Shown: positions 44,446-54,388 of the stretch, one piece after another
How positions within the stretch are numbered: position 1 is the stretch's first letter
Layout of the letters: the number at the start of each line of letters is the position of its first letter
DNA from: an uncultured bacterium
GTDB lineage: Bacteria > Krumholzibacteriota > Krumholzibacteriia > Krumholzibacteriales > Krumholzibacteriaceae
Direction of reading: 5' to 3'
Length of the DNA: 64,000 bases
NCBI GenBank assembly: GCA_963813815.1
Contig: CAWFAD010000007.1
Coordinates: 224,001 to 288,000 of the forward strand
Translations under genes and position numbers: made by a program
Notes under the pieces: generated by a model
What the model saw: only the letters and a program-made list of their open reading frames with translations
The model's database searches: none
Told to the model about the DNA's origin: nothing

Positions 44446-45441
44446 TCACGCCTTTCCCTGAAGCCGCTTCCGGATGCTTTCGACGAGAGCGGGCGAGCCG
44501 ACGTAGAGAGCGGTTCGCTGATGAAGGGACTCGGGCGCTATGTCGAGTATGTCGTTTCCGCTCTCGTCGACCGCGATCCCGCCGGCCTCTCGAGCGATGA
44601 AGGCCGCGACGTTCGCTTCGTAGAGGAGGCGGAGCTTTCCCTTCGGCCGGTTTTTCTCGGGGTTCGGATGGTTGACGATCGCCGGATACATGAACATGCC
44701 GCCGTTCGAAAGCAGGCGGTGAAAATCCGCGGCGAGCGCCCCCATGTAACGGAAGGCGTAACGCTGCTCGTGCTCGTCGATCCATTCCCGAACGCCCGGC
44801 GAAAAGGTTTTTCGGTTCGCCGCGTTGAAAGAAAGCTCCCAGCCCTTCGGGTCCGCCGGCATGACGAGGGGCGCCGAGTTGCCCGGTATCACGTACGTCA
44901 TCGTTTCGTCGAGGTGGAAGCGGAAGACTCCGGCGTCGGCGAGCGCGAGCGTGAAAACGCCGCTCGGGATGAGGAATATCCCCGCGGCGCGGAGCTCCGA
45001 GCCTTTCCTGAGTCGGCCGTCCTCGGGCCCTTCGAGGTTCCGCTTGGCGATCGCGAACATGAAGCCGACGGGGAGATTGTGCTTGATGTTGCTCGATCCG
45101 TCGAGCGGATCGTAGTAGATGAAGTAGCGCCCCCCGCTCTCGTTGAGGGGGACGGGCTCCGCTTCCTCCTCGGTCACCGCGTAGATCACCTGGTTCGAGC
45201 AGCGCAGGTAGTGAAGGACGATCGCGTTCGCGACATCGTCCATCTCCATCACGCTCTCGTCCTGGCAGTTGACGAGCCCCGCCTCTCCCATGAGGTTCTT
45301 GAGCGAGCCGGTCTGATAGAAGTACTGGATGTACTTGGCGGCGGTTTGAACGGCCTCGAGGAGCACGAGAAAATTGTAGCTCCGCCCGTGGCGCTCCTGG
45401 TGGTGGAGCATGAAGTCCATGAAACTCTGCTCGAGCTTCAT
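44446..45441 (-). CDS. fbp: Fructose-1,6-bisphosphatase class 1
   Basis: TEE, YDPLDGSSN, FRYMGALAADFHRLL..GGMFMYP, GKLRLLYEAN, LHQRT. Confidence 0.92.
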   Translation of the reverse strand: MKLEQSFMDFMLHHQERHGRSYNFLVLLEAVQTAAKYIQYFYQTGSLKNLMGEAGLVNCQDESVMEMDDVANAIVLHYLRCSNQVIYAVTEEEAEPVPLNESGGRYFIYYDPLDGSSNIKHNLPVGFMFAIAKRNLEGPEDGRLRKGSELRAAGIFLIPSGVFTLALADAGVFRFHLDETMTYVIPGNSAPLVMPADPKGWELSFNAANRKTFSPGVREWIDEHEQRYAFRYMGALAADFHRLLSNGGMFMYPAIVNHPNPEKNRPKGKLRLLYEANVAAFIAREAGGIAVDESGNDILDIAPESLHQRTALYVGSPALVESIRKRLQGKA

Positions 45442-45454
45442 CGCGCTTATCCCG

Positions 45455-45850
45455 CTAGTCCTTCTTCCGGGACCGTTCGGCCTTCATCTTCTCGATCGCC
45501 TGCACGGCCTCCTCGCGGCTCGCGTATATGGAGTAGGGCATCTTCGCCTTCATCGCGGTCGTGCGGAGAGCCATGCGCGCCATGCTGTCCTCGCCCCAGC
45601 GGGCGAGCCCGAGCAGGAGCTTGTCCGTTTCCTTTCGCGCGACCTCGCCGTAGTACTCGGCGACGTCGGCGTGAATGGCGAGCTTGTCGATGTGGGCGAT
45701 CATCCAGAATTTCTCGGTGATGCCTTTCATGTACCGGCCGTATTCCGCGAAGAATGCGTCCACGTCCTCCTTCGTCTTGATATCCCACTGGTCCTCGACG
45801 AAGAGGATGCCGGATGAGCGATCGAAATTAAAGGTGATCTTGTTGTCCAT
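45455..45850 (-). CDS. Small hypothetical protein, SpoIIAA/STAS-SEC14-like
   Basis: 131-aa alpha/beta pattern ending IYASREEAVQAI, typical of SpoIIAA-like folds; 13 nt upstream of fbp. Confidence 0.65.
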   Translation of the reverse strand: MDNKITFNFDRSSGILFVEDQWDIKTKEDVDAFFAEYGRYMKGITEKFWMIAHIDKLAIHADVAEYYGEVARKETDKLLLGLARWGEDSMARMALRTTAMKAKMPYSIYASREEAVQAIEKMKAERSRKKD

Positions 45851-45980
45851 TTCAAACCCCTATGTTCTCGAGAGCCCCATGCGAGCGACGACGATCCACG
45901 CGCCTCGGGGACGAGCATATGCGAACGGCCGCCAAAATCAAGAGAATTTGAATCTCCGCCCGGGCGGCGGAGCGGGCATG

Positions 45981-46015
45981 AAAAACGGGCCGCTCCGGCG
46001 GAGCGGCCCGTTTCC
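45981..46015 (-). terminator. Intrinsic terminator of the ompA-like gene
   Basis: AAACGGGCCGCTCCG / CGGAGCGGCCCGTTT stem with an A-run on the left (U tract on the minus strand). Confidence 0.75.
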
Positions 46016-46040
46016 GTACGAAGGGCTCCCGGGGGAGCCG

Positions 46041-47051
46041 CTACTTTATGATCGTGAACTCGACGCGGCGGTTCTGGGCCCTTCCCTCGGCGGTCGCGTT
46101 GTCCGCCACGGGCGTCGTTTCGCCGTAACCTTTCGCGAAGTACAGCTCGGACTTGCACTGCGGGAAGTTCTTGAGAATGTACTCGCGCACGGTCGCGGCG
46201 CGGGCCTCGGAGAGCTTCAGGTTCGATGCGTCGGAGCCCTGCGAGTCGGTATGCCCCGCGATTTCGATCTTCATGTCGACGCACTGGGCGAGCACCGCGC
46301 CGATGGCGTCGAGCTCCTGCTTCGACTCGGGCTTGAGATCCGCCTTGCCCGTCTCGAAGAGGATCTTGAGGGAGGTGATCTTTCCGGTGTCGATGAAGGC
46401 CTTCACGTCGGCGGAACATCCGGTCTCGTCGACCTTCGCGCCCGCCGGGGTGTTCGGGCAGCGGTCGATGCCGTCGTAGACGCCGTCGCCGTCGCCGTCC
46501 TTCGGGCAGCCCTTGTCGTCGACCTTCGCGCCGGCCGGGGTGTCCGGGCAGCGGTCGATGCCGTCGTAGACGCCGTCCCTGTCCGCGTCGGCCGGGCAGC
46601 CGTCCGCGTCGACCGAGGCGCCTTCCGGAGTTCCGGGGCACTTGTCGAGCCCGTCGACCACTCCGTCTCCGTCGGAGTCGAGGTCGCAGCCCTTCGCGTC
46701 GACCTTGGCCCCCGCGGCGGATTTCGGACACTTGTCGAGGCCGTCCGGCACCCCGTCTTTGTCGCCGTCGAGCGGGCAGCCGTTCCGGTCGACGATCGCG
46801 CCGGCCGGAGTGCCCGGGCACAGATCCTTGCCGTCCGAAACGCCGTCGCCGTCGCTGTCCATGTCGGCGCAGGCGCAGTTCGAATTCCACGGCCACGGAG
46901 TGAGGATGACGCAGAGCGCCTTGCTGTCGGGCTTATCCATGAGCTGCGCGCGGCGGGCCTCCGCCTTTTCCTTCCAGCCGGCCGAAGCCGGAGCGAAGGA
47001 AACCGAGAGGACGATGGCCGCGAGAACGAGAACGGACACGAAGACTCTCAT
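46041..47051 (-). CDS. OmpA-family peptidoglycan-binding protein with five thrombospondin type 3 repeats
   Basis: Signal peptide; five DxDxDGVxDGxDxCPxTPxGxxVDxxGC units; IAGHTDSQG...NLKLSEARA...GYGE...NRRVE. Confidence 0.93.
   Translation of the reverse strand: MRVFVSVLVLAAIVLSVSFAPASAGWKEKAEARRAQLMDKPDSKALCVILTPWPWNSNCACADMDSDGDGVSDGKDLCPGTPAGAIVDRNGCPLDGDKDGVPDGLDKCPKSAAGAKVDAKGCDLDSDGDGVVDGLDKCPGTPEGASVDADGCPADADRDGVYDGIDRCPDTPAGAKVDDKGCPKDGDGDGVYDGIDRCPNTPAGAKVDETGCSADVKAFIDTGKITSLKILFETGKADLKPESKQELDAIGAVLAQCVDMKIEIAGHTDSQGSDASNLKLSEARAATVREYILKNFPQCKSELYFAKGYGETTPVADNATAEGRAQNRRVEFTIIK
46410..46860 (-). repeat. Intragenic 90-bp tandem repeats encoding the TSP3 units
   Basis: GTCGACCTTCGCGCC...GGGCAGCGGTCGATGCCGTCGTAGACGCCGTC recurs with a 90-nt period. 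Confidence 0.8.
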
Positions 47052-47259
47052 AACCCCTCCTTTGTTCCTGGTTGAGATCTTTCCCCATTCCTTGCGCTGA
47101 GCGTGATGTGTTTGGCTCAGCTGTTTATACCAAAACCCCCCACATTTCTGCAAGGCGTTTTTGTTCTGAGGCGGTTCGGGACGCGAGCCCGGCTTTGTTC
47201 GAGGCGCCCGTCGCCGCGGATGTGGTAGAATGGAAACTGTCAAACGGAGGTGCCGGGCC

Positions 47260-48060
47260 ATGACAGGACTGAAACGCCTTGTTCCGCTCTTTTCTTTCGC
47301 GGCGCTCGCCGCATTCCTGCTCTACTCGTCCGGCGCCGAGGCCGGCGGGGCTCGGGGCGCGATCAGGCTCACGGTCGAGGAAGGCAAGGAGTGGAATCAC
47401 TCCTTCCGCATCATGCTCGTCGGGAAGACGACGAACCGTCCGCAGATGGCCTTATGGCTCGAGGATGCGTCCGGCGCGTACGTGGCGACGATCTACGTCA
47501 CGCGCCGCACGGCGTTGCAGGACTGGCGGGCCGCTTTCGGCGAGAAGCGGGATCGCATCGAGCGCCCCTCGTCGCTTCCCGTGTGGGCGAGAAAGCACGC
47601 CGAGGGAGGCGTCGAGCCGAAATCGCTCTGCGGCGCGTGCCACGGCCTCCACAAGCAGCGGAACAAAGCTTCCGACGATCCCCTGCTGCACGCGATGACC
47701 GGAGCGACGCCGAAGAAGGGCTTCTCGCGGGAGTGGACGCTTCCGCCCGGGATCGAGCCGGGCCGCTACGTCGTTCGCGCCGAGATCAACCACTCGAAGG
47801 ATTTCAACGCCTCCTATTCCGAGGGCGCGAAGGAGGGGGATGCCGGTTGGAGCGGAGGGTCGATGGGATCGGGGCAGCCCTCGCTCGTCTACGGAGGAAC
47901 GATCGTCATCGGCGGCGAACGCTCCTCGGCGGCGCTAGAGAGGATCGGACACGGCGAGCCTTCCGGCGCCGCGGGAGGCGTGACGGGGAACCTCGGCGGG
48001 CTCACGACGGCCCTCGATATCGTCGAATCCATACGGGTCGAGTTCGTGCCGGGCGGATGA
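47260..48060 (+). CDS. Exported DUF2271-like protein with an inserted CxxCH heme motif
   Basis: Signal peptide; PQMALWLED..G.YVATIYVT, SLPVW, AMTGATP, AEINHS.DFN, GQPSLVY; LCGACHG with CGACH at 47629-47643. Confidence 0.72.
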   Translation: MTGLKRLVPLFSFAALAAFLLYSSGAEAGGARGAIRLTVEEGKEWNHSFRIMLVGKTTNRPQMALWLEDASGAYVATIYVTRRTALQDWRAAFGEKRDRIERPSSLPVWARKHAEGGVEPKSLCGACHGLHKQRNKASDDPLLHAMTGATPKKGFSREWTLPPGIEPGRYVVRAEINHSKDFNASYSEGAKEGDAGWSGGSMGSGQPSLVYGGTIVIGGERSSAALERIGHGEPSGAAGGVTGNLGGLTTALDIVESIRVEFVPGG

Positions 48061-48075
48061 TCGTCCGCCGCGCCG

Positions 48076-50436
48076 TCATTCGGCCTCGAGAATAAAGAGC
48101 CTCCCCGAGAGGAAATCGGATATCCAGAGCCTGCCGTCCGACGCGACCTTCCCCTTCGTGATCCGGAACAGGGCGTCTCCGAACTGCCCCGGAACGAAGA
48201 ACGAGACGTTCCTCGAATCGAATCGCGTGTCCCCGTAAGGGTATTCCGATCGGTGGAGCAGCGTGAACTCCCCGGTGCGCGGATCGAGCTGCGCTATGCG
48301 CAGGGCTCCGCCGTCGTGCGACGTCACGACGAGACGGTCGTTCCACGCGAACAGGTTGTCCGGGCGGCCCGGCCAGGGGAGCCGCCGCTCCTTCGCCCCG
48401 GCGCGCACCTCCTGCACGCTGTTCGATGCGTGGTTGGCCACCCACACCGAGGGGCCGAGGCGGCAGAGCGCGAGCGGCTCCTCTCCCGTACGGATCTCTT
48501 CGGCGGCGAAGGTGTTTTTGTCGATCACGGAGACGCTTCGCGAGTCGAAATTGGCGACGTATATATGTCCGTCGTCGAAGACGAGATCGGCCGCCGTGCG
48601 GCCGATCGTCATGCGATGAACGACCGATTTCGCGGCGGGATCGACGATCTGGAGGACGCTCGCGTCCGCGTCCTTTTCGGGAAGGCGGACGAGGTAGAGA
48701 CGGCCGGTCGCGGCGTCGTACTCGAGGATGCGCTGCGTTATCTCCCGGTCGACCGTGTCGGGGAGGGCGATCCGCTGCCCGATCTCGAAGAGGCGGATCT
48801 CGTCGGGAATCGTTCCCACGAACTGCGGCTCGGCGCCCCAGTTGTTCTGCGTGAAATAGAGGGCTCCGGCGGCGTCGAGCGCCATGCGGTGGGCCTGTCG
48901 CGGAATGCGCCGGTCGTAGAATCCGAGATCCTTTTCGTCGATGCGGAGGATGCCGTTTCGCGCGCCCCAGATGTAGACGACGGGCCAGTACGACTGGTGC
49001 GGTCCGTACGAGAGGTACACGTTCCCTTCGCGGTTGCGAACGGTCTCGACGGGGTATTCGACCGGCAGACGGCGCCGCTCGACCCGTCCGTCGGGGCGGA
49101 CCTCTGCGAACTCGTCCTCGTTGTTGAAGACGAGGAAGCTTCCGCGCGCGGGCATTTCGACGAGATCGATCGGGGCCCACGCGGTGTAGATCTTTTCCGC
49201 TTTTCCCGTCGCCGGATCGAGCGCCGTGACCGCGGCGCCGAAGGTGCCGTTGACGGCGGTCGCGCCCTTCGGGTAGTAGAGTTTGCCGTCGTTCGGATTG
49301 AACGCCATCGCGAACTGGTGCGGAATGATGCCGAGATTCTCGATGCGCCGGAGGAGCTTTCTCGCGGCGAGATCGACGACGTCCACCTCGCCGTGCGCCC
49401 AGCTTCCGACGTAGAGCATGCCGCCTCTCTCGTCGACCGCGCTCGCGTCGTTTCCGTAGGCGGGGATCGGGATCTCGCTCACCGCGCCTCCGGCCCCGAA
49501 GTCGACGACGTGCACGGATGGATGGTTGTCGTAGGGGATGTAGACCTCCTGCCGCGCGGGGTTATAGCGGATGCCGACGCCCTCGGTGAATCCGGGGAGC
49601 GCCGCGACGACCGATTCCCCCGTCGTCACGTCGATCTTCGCCGCCTCGATCACCCGGCGGTCGACCGTCTCCACGACGAGGTAGAGATCGTGGCCCGCCT
49701 CGTCGTATCCGGCGAGGTGCCACCTCCCGCCGCTCGTGAGCTTCGTCCCGTGCGAGCTCGAAAGTTTCGCGCTGCGGCCGTCGAAGAGGAAGAGGGTCGA
49801 GGTGTTTCCGTCCACAGCGACGATCGCTCCGAGCTCCGGCGCGGCGACCGCCTTGCGGATCGGGGGCGGGGGAGTGGCGTTGAGATTGCCGAGATCCTCG
49901 CGCGTTTCGAGCCACGGCACGAGCGCGAGCTTGCCCGTTCGCGCCGAGTAGAAACCGATCTCCTTGCTTTCGCGTCCGGTCATGAAGGCGTTCCCCGTCT
50001 CCTCGTCGATCGCGATCGACTCGAACTGCGCGAGCGTCGGCATCGTCGTTGAGGACCGGTCGTCCGGACGGACGATCGAGACGCACCGCGCTCCGATGAG
50101 GTAGATATCCCCCGTTTTCCGGCGGATGGCGAGGGCCTCCGCCTTGAGATGCTGGAGCGAACGCCCCCCGAGGGGTATGTTGTCGACGCGGCGCCCGCCG
50201 CAGTCGATGATCGAGACCGACGAGCTCAGGGTATTCGCCGCCACGAGACGGTTGCGGACGGCGTCCATGGCGAGAAGATGGGGTCCCGCGCCGTTCGCGG
50301 CGAATCCCGCGAGCGCGGCGAAATCGACCGTGGTGACGGCGACGTTCGCTTTTCCCTTCGCCCCGGCGGCCGCCGGGCCGCCCGTCGCCGCGAGGACGAG
50401 CGCGGCCGCGAGCGCCAGTGTGACGGTTCCTTTCAT
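48076..50436 (-). CDS. Secreted YncE/YVTN-type beta-propeller protein
   Basis: Signal peptide; repeated LYV(G/A)x..S.SVSVID blades (e.g. IYVANFDSRSVSVID). Confidence 0.8.
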   Translation of the reverse strand: MKGTVTLALAAALVLAATGGPAAAGAKGKANVAVTTVDFAALAGFAANGAGPHLLAMDAVRNRLVAANTLSSSVSIIDCGGRRVDNIPLGGRSLQHLKAEALAIRRKTGDIYLIGARCVSIVRPDDRSSTTMPTLAQFESIAIDEETGNAFMTGRESKEIGFYSARTGKLALVPWLETREDLGNLNATPPPPIRKAVAAPELGAIVAVDGNTSTLFLFDGRSAKLSSSHGTKLTSGGRWHLAGYDEAGHDLYLVVETVDRRVIEAAKIDVTTGESVVAALPGFTEGVGIRYNPARQEVYIPYDNHPSVHVVDFGAGGAVSEIPIPAYGNDASAVDERGGMLYVGSWAHGEVDVVDLAARKLLRRIENLGIIPHQFAMAFNPNDGKLYYPKGATAVNGTFGAAVTALDPATGKAEKIYTAWAPIDLVEMPARGSFLVFNNEDEFAEVRPDGRVERRRLPVEYPVETVRNREGNVYLSYGPHQSYWPVVYIWGARNGILRIDEKDLGFYDRRIPRQAHRMALDAAGALYFTQNNWGAEPQFVGTIPDEIRLFEIGQRIALPDTVDREITQRILEYDAATGRLYLVRLPEKDADASVLQIVDPAAKSVVHRMTIGRTAADLVFDDGHIYVANFDSRSVSVIDKNTFAAEEIRTGEEPLALCRLGPSVWVANHASNSVQEVRAGAKERRLPWPGRPDNLFAWNDRLVVTSHDGGALRIAQLDPRTGEFTLLHRSEYPYGDTRFDSRNVSFFVPGQFGDALFRITKGKVASDGRLWISDFLSGRLFILEAE

Positions 50437-50615
50437 CGCGGGTGCTCCTTTCGAGACGCCGGTGATCGTGCTGGCATTTCGGGCGCAGTCAGTATACAAT
50501 CTATCTATAAGGCGGGATAGCCCATTCGCGGCGCCGCCCGAGACGCATCGAGAAGCGAAGGTCCGGCGTTCGCCCTCGCGCCCCGCGCGGCGCAGCCGGA
50601 GCGCAAAGGAGCATC

Positions 50616-52268
50616 ATGAGGACACAGCGCGTCATTCCGGGGCTGCTCGCCATGTTCGCGTTCGCGGCTCTCGCCCGTCCGGTATCGCCGCTCGGGGACG
50701 AGATTTCGATCGCGATCGCGCCGTGTCCCGACGTTCCGGCCGCGCCGGCGGAGGTCGATTCCACCCGGCACGTCATTCACGTGAGCATCGACGGTCTTCG
50801 CTGGGACGCCGTGCAGCGGCTCGGCGCCGCCGCGCCCCATTTCCGCCGCCTGCGCATCGAGGGCTCCTTCACGGAGAACGCGCGGACCGACTACGATTAT
50901 ACCGTCACCCTTCCGAACCACGCCTGCGAGCTCGTGTCCCGTCCCGTTCTCGGACCGGAGGGACACGGCGTCTCCTTCAACACGGACGATCCGAGGACGA
51001 TCGAGGAGGTGCACGGCTCCTATGTGGCCGGCGCCTTCGACGTCGCGCACGATAACGGCCTTCGCACGGCGTGCTGGGCGGGAAAAACGAAATTCGCCAT
51101 CTTCGACCGAAGCTGGAACGATACGACCGGGGCGTACGATTCGACGGGAGAGGACGACGGGCGCGACAAGATCGACGTCTACGGATACAACGCCGATGGC
51201 GGAGCGCTCTTCGGGGCTTTTCTCGCGGACATGGCGTCGCGGCGTCCCCACTACTCGTTCATTCATTTCGCGGGCCCGGACGCCGCGGGGCATGCGTACG
51301 GATGGGAGAGCAAGGAGTACTTCGACGCTCTCATCGAGATCGACGGATACCTCGGTGTCATGCTCGATCTCGTCGAATCGGATCCGGCTCTCGCGGGTCG
51401 CGTCTGGATCGCCGTGGCCGCGGATCACGGCGGCGCCGGCACCGATCACAGCCTCGCGAGCGAGAGCGCGAACTACACGGTTCCGCTCTACCTCTGGGGG
51501 CCCGGCATCGGCGCCGGCGCCGATCTCTACGCCCTGAACCCGTCGACCCGTCTCGATCCGGGCTCGGGGAGACCCGATTACGCGGCGCTTCCGCAGCCGA
51601 TCCGGAACGGAGAGGCGGCGAATATCTGTCTCGATATCCTCGGTTGCCCTTCGGTTCCGGGATCGCTGCTCGACGCGGCGCAAGACCTCACCCTCGCGCC
51701 CCCCGGGGGGCTCCCGTGCGTGTCGATCTCGGCGCCGGCGGCCGGCTCGACCTTCGCCTACCCCTCGGAGGTGACGATCGAGGCGTCGGCGAGCGGGGGG
51801 CTCGGAGGCGTGGCCTACGTCGAGTTCTTCGTGAACGGCGAGCTCGCCGGGGCGGACGCGTCGGCGCCGTACGCGCAGGAGTGGAACGGCGCGCCGATCG
51901 GGGTCCACGGCATCACGGCGAGGGCCGTGTGCTCGACCGGCGCGGCGGCGGCCGCGACCGTCGAGGTCGAGATCTCGTCTACAGCCGACGTTTCCCCGGG
52001 ACATTCCTCGCTCGCGCCGCCGCGCGTGCATCCGAACCCCGCCGGCCGTTTATCGACCATCTCTTTCGATCTTCTCTCGCCGTGCGCGGTCGAGATCAGG
52101 CTCTACGACGTCCTCGGCCGCCGGATCGATACGGTGTATCGCGGCTATCTCGCCGGGGGCTCCCATGCGCTTCCCCTCGACGCGGGCGCCCATCCTCCGG
52201 GGCTCTACTTCTACCAGGTCGCGGCCGGAAACGAATCGCGCGGCGGCAAGGTCATGATCGTGCGGTAG
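50616..52268 (+). CDS. Alkaline phosphatase/nucleotide pyrophosphatase-family enzyme with Ig-like domain and T9SS-type C-terminal domain
   Basis: SIDGLR, TVTLPNH (Thr nucleophile), PDAAGH..GW, ADHGG; VEFFVNG...APY...W Ig domain; HPNP...LYDVLGR...GLYFY...KVMIVR. Confidence 0.85.
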   Translation: MRTQRVIPGLLAMFAFAALARPVSPLGDEISIAIAPCPDVPAAPAEVDSTRHVIHVSIDGLRWDAVQRLGAAAPHFRRLRIEGSFTENARTDYDYTVTLPNHACELVSRPVLGPEGHGVSFNTDDPRTIEEVHGSYVAGAFDVAHDNGLRTACWAGKTKFAIFDRSWNDTTGAYDSTGEDDGRDKIDVYGYNADGGALFGAFLADMASRRPHYSFIHFAGPDAAGHAYGWESKEYFDALIEIDGYLGVMLDLVESDPALAGRVWIAVAADHGGAGTDHSLASESANYTVPLYLWGPGIGAGADLYALNPSTRLDPGSGRPDYAALPQPIRNGEAANICLDILGCPSVPGSLLDAAQDLTLAPPGGLPCVSISAPAAGSTFAYPSEVTIEASASGGLGGVAYVEFFVNGELAGADASAPYAQEWNGAPIGVHGITARAVCSTGAAAAATVEVEISSTADVSPGHSSLAPPRVHPNPAGRLSTISFDLLSPCAVEIRLYDVLGRRIDTVYRGYLAGGSHALPLDAGAHPPGLYFYQVAAGNESRGGKVMIVR

Positions 52269-52306
52269 GCCCGCTTCGGACGAGGCGCTCGTCTCCGGGA
52301 AGAGGC

Positions 52307-52972
52307 ATGAACGAACACTTCTCGCCCGTCACGATCGGTATCATCGTTCTCACGTCGCTCGTCTCGATCGCGGGATTCCGCTCCGCGGCGATCCTCGACA
52401 GGTTCGTCTTCGATCCGCGGCGCATTCTCCGCGGCGGCGAGCATGTCCGCCTCCTGTCGAGCGGCCTTCTGCACGCGGACGTGGGGCATCTCGTCGTCAA
52501 CATGTTCAGCCTCTACTCGTTCGGGGGGCCGCTCGAGTCGGAGTACGGGGCGGCCGCGCTCGCCGCGATCTACTTCTCGGCGATACTGGGGGGAAACCTC
52601 CTCTCGCTGTGGCTTCATCGCGGGGAGAGCTATCTCGCGCTTGGGGCCTCCGGGGGCGTCTGCGGCGTCGTCTACGCCGCGATCTTTCTCTTCCCCGGAG
52701 GGAGCGTGATGGTGCTGCCGATCCCCGTTCCCATCCCGTCGTATCTCTACGCCGTCCTTTTCATCTTCATCTCCTTTTTCGGGATGCGCCGGCGATGGGG
52801 AAACGTCGGGCACGACGCGCACCTCGGCGGAGCCGTCATCGGGCTCGCGGTGGCGACGGCGCTTTATCCGGAGATCGTGAGGACGAATCCCGTGCTCTGG
52901 TCGATCGTCATGGCGGTCTCGGCGATCCTCTTCGTGTACCTGTACCGGCGGCAGCGCGCCGCGGGAGGCTAG
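52307..52972 (+). CDS. Rhomboid intramembrane serine protease
   Basis: HAD..HL..NM, GASG, AHLGG. Confidence 0.93.
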   Translation: MNEHFSPVTIGIIVLTSLVSIAGFRSAAILDRFVFDPRRILRGGEHVRLLSSGLLHADVGHLVVNMFSLYSFGGPLESEYGAAALAAIYFSAILGGNLLSLWLHRGESYLALGASGGVCGVVYAAIFLFPGGSVMVLPIPVPIPSYLYAVLFIFISFFGMRRRWGNVGHDAHLGGAVIGLAVATALYPEIVRTNPVLWSIVMAVSAILFVYLYRRQRAAGG

Positions 52973-52976
52973 CGGG

Positions 52977-54344
52977 ATGACGCTTCGTTCGATCAATCCG
53001 GCGACGGGCGAGACGATCGGCGAATACGCCGAGCTCACGTCCCGCGAGGCCGCCTCGACGGTCGACGCGGCCGCCGAGGCGTTCGCCCGGTGGAGGGAGA
53101 CCGCGTTCGAGGAGAGATCGCGCCTCATGAGGCGCGCCGCGGCGGCGCTCCGCGATCGCGCCGGAGAGCACGCGCGGCTCATGGCGCTCGAGATGGGCAA
53201 GCCGGTGAGGCAGGGAAGGGCCGAGGTCGAAAAATGCGCCCTCGCGTGCGAGTACTACGCCGACGGCGCCGCGAGGTTCCTCGCCCCCGAGACGGTGCCG
53301 ACCGACGCGCGAAAAAGCTACGTTGCCTTTGCTCCGCTCGGCGTCATTCTCGCCGTCATGCCGTGGAACTTTCCTTTCTGGCAGGTCTTCCGCTTCGCCG
53401 CGCCGGCCCTCATGGCGGGGAACGCCTGCGTTCTCAAGCACGCCTCGAACGTCTGCGGCTCGGCGATCGCGATCGGAGAGGTCTTCGCATCCGCGGGATT
53501 TCCCGAAGGCGTTTTCCGCGTGGCGCTCGTCGGGAGCGGGGGCGTCGATGGGCTCGTGGCGCACCCCGCCGTGCGCGCCGTCACGCTCACGGGGAGTGCC
53601 CCTGCCGGCGGCGCCGTCGCAGCCCGCGCGGGCTCGCTTCTCAAGAAAACGGTTCTCGAACTCGGGGGAAGCGATCCGTACGTCATTCTCGAGGACGCCG
53701 ATCTCGCCTCCGCGGCCGAAATCTGCGCGGCGAGCAGGCTCACGAACTCGGGCCAGAGCTGCATCGCGGCAAAGAGGTTCATCGTGCCCGCGCGGATAGC
53801 GGAGGAATTCACCCGTCTCTTTCTCGAGAGGATGCTCTCGCGCGTCACGGGGGATCCGCTCGACGAGTCGACGGACGTGGGACCGCTCGCGAGGAGCGAC
53901 CTGCGCGACGATCTGCACCGACAGGTCGAGGAAAGCGTCGCCGCGGGGGCCCGTCTTCTCGCCGGCGGCGCGGTGCCGCCGGGTCCCGGCGCGTACTATC
54001 CCGTCACCGTTCTCTCCGGCGTCGCCAAGGGCATGCCCGCCTGCGACGAGGAGCTCTTCGGGCCCGTGGCGGCGATCATCCCCGTGCGCGGCGAGGAGGA
54101 AGCGATCGCGGCCGCGAACGACACGAGCTTCGGCCTCGGCGCGGCGATCTTCTCGGGAGATCCGGACCGCGCCGAACTCATCGCCGCCGAGCGTCTGGAA
54201 GCGGGCTCGTGCTTCGTCAACGCCCTCGTGAAGTCCGATCCGCGGCTTCCGTTCGGAGGGATAAAGGAGAGCGGGTACGGGCGGGAGCTCTCGGCCTTCG
54301 GCATCCGGGAGTTCGTCAACGTGAAGACGGTGTACGTCGGATAG
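52977..54344 (+). CDS. NAD(P)-dependent succinate-semialdehyde dehydrogenase family aldehyde dehydrogenase
   Basis: SINPATGE, MPWNFPFWQVFRF, LKHAS, LELGGSDP, GQSCIAAKR, EELFGP, PFGGIKESGYGREL. Confidence 0.93.
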   Translation: MTLRSINPATGETIGEYAELTSREAASTVDAAAEAFARWRETAFEERSRLMRRAAAALRDRAGEHARLMALEMGKPVRQGRAEVEKCALACEYYADGAARFLAPETVPTDARKSYVAFAPLGVILAVMPWNFPFWQVFRFAAPALMAGNACVLKHASNVCGSAIAIGEVFASAGFPEGVFRVALVGSGGVDGLVAHPAVRAVTLTGSAPAGGAVAARAGSLLKKTVLELGGSDPYVILEDADLASAAEICAASRLTNSGQSCIAAKRFIVPARIAEEFTRLFLERMLSRVTGDPLDESTDVGPLARSDLRDDLHRQVEESVAAGARLLAGGAVPPGPGAYYPVTVLSGVAKGMPACDEELFGPVAAIIPVRGEEEAIAAANDTSFGLGAAIFSGDPDRAELIAAERLEAGSCFVNALVKSDPRLPFGGIKESGYGRELSAFGIREFVNVKTVYVG

Positions 54345-54388
54345 CGTTTCCTCGATGGCGGCCGTTTCGTCGGGGCGCGGAGCGTCCC

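Noticed and set aside
46410..46860. Regularly spaced direct repeats resembling a CRISPR array
   Set aside because: In-frame 90-bp coding repeats of TSP3 units; no unique spacers and no cas genes.
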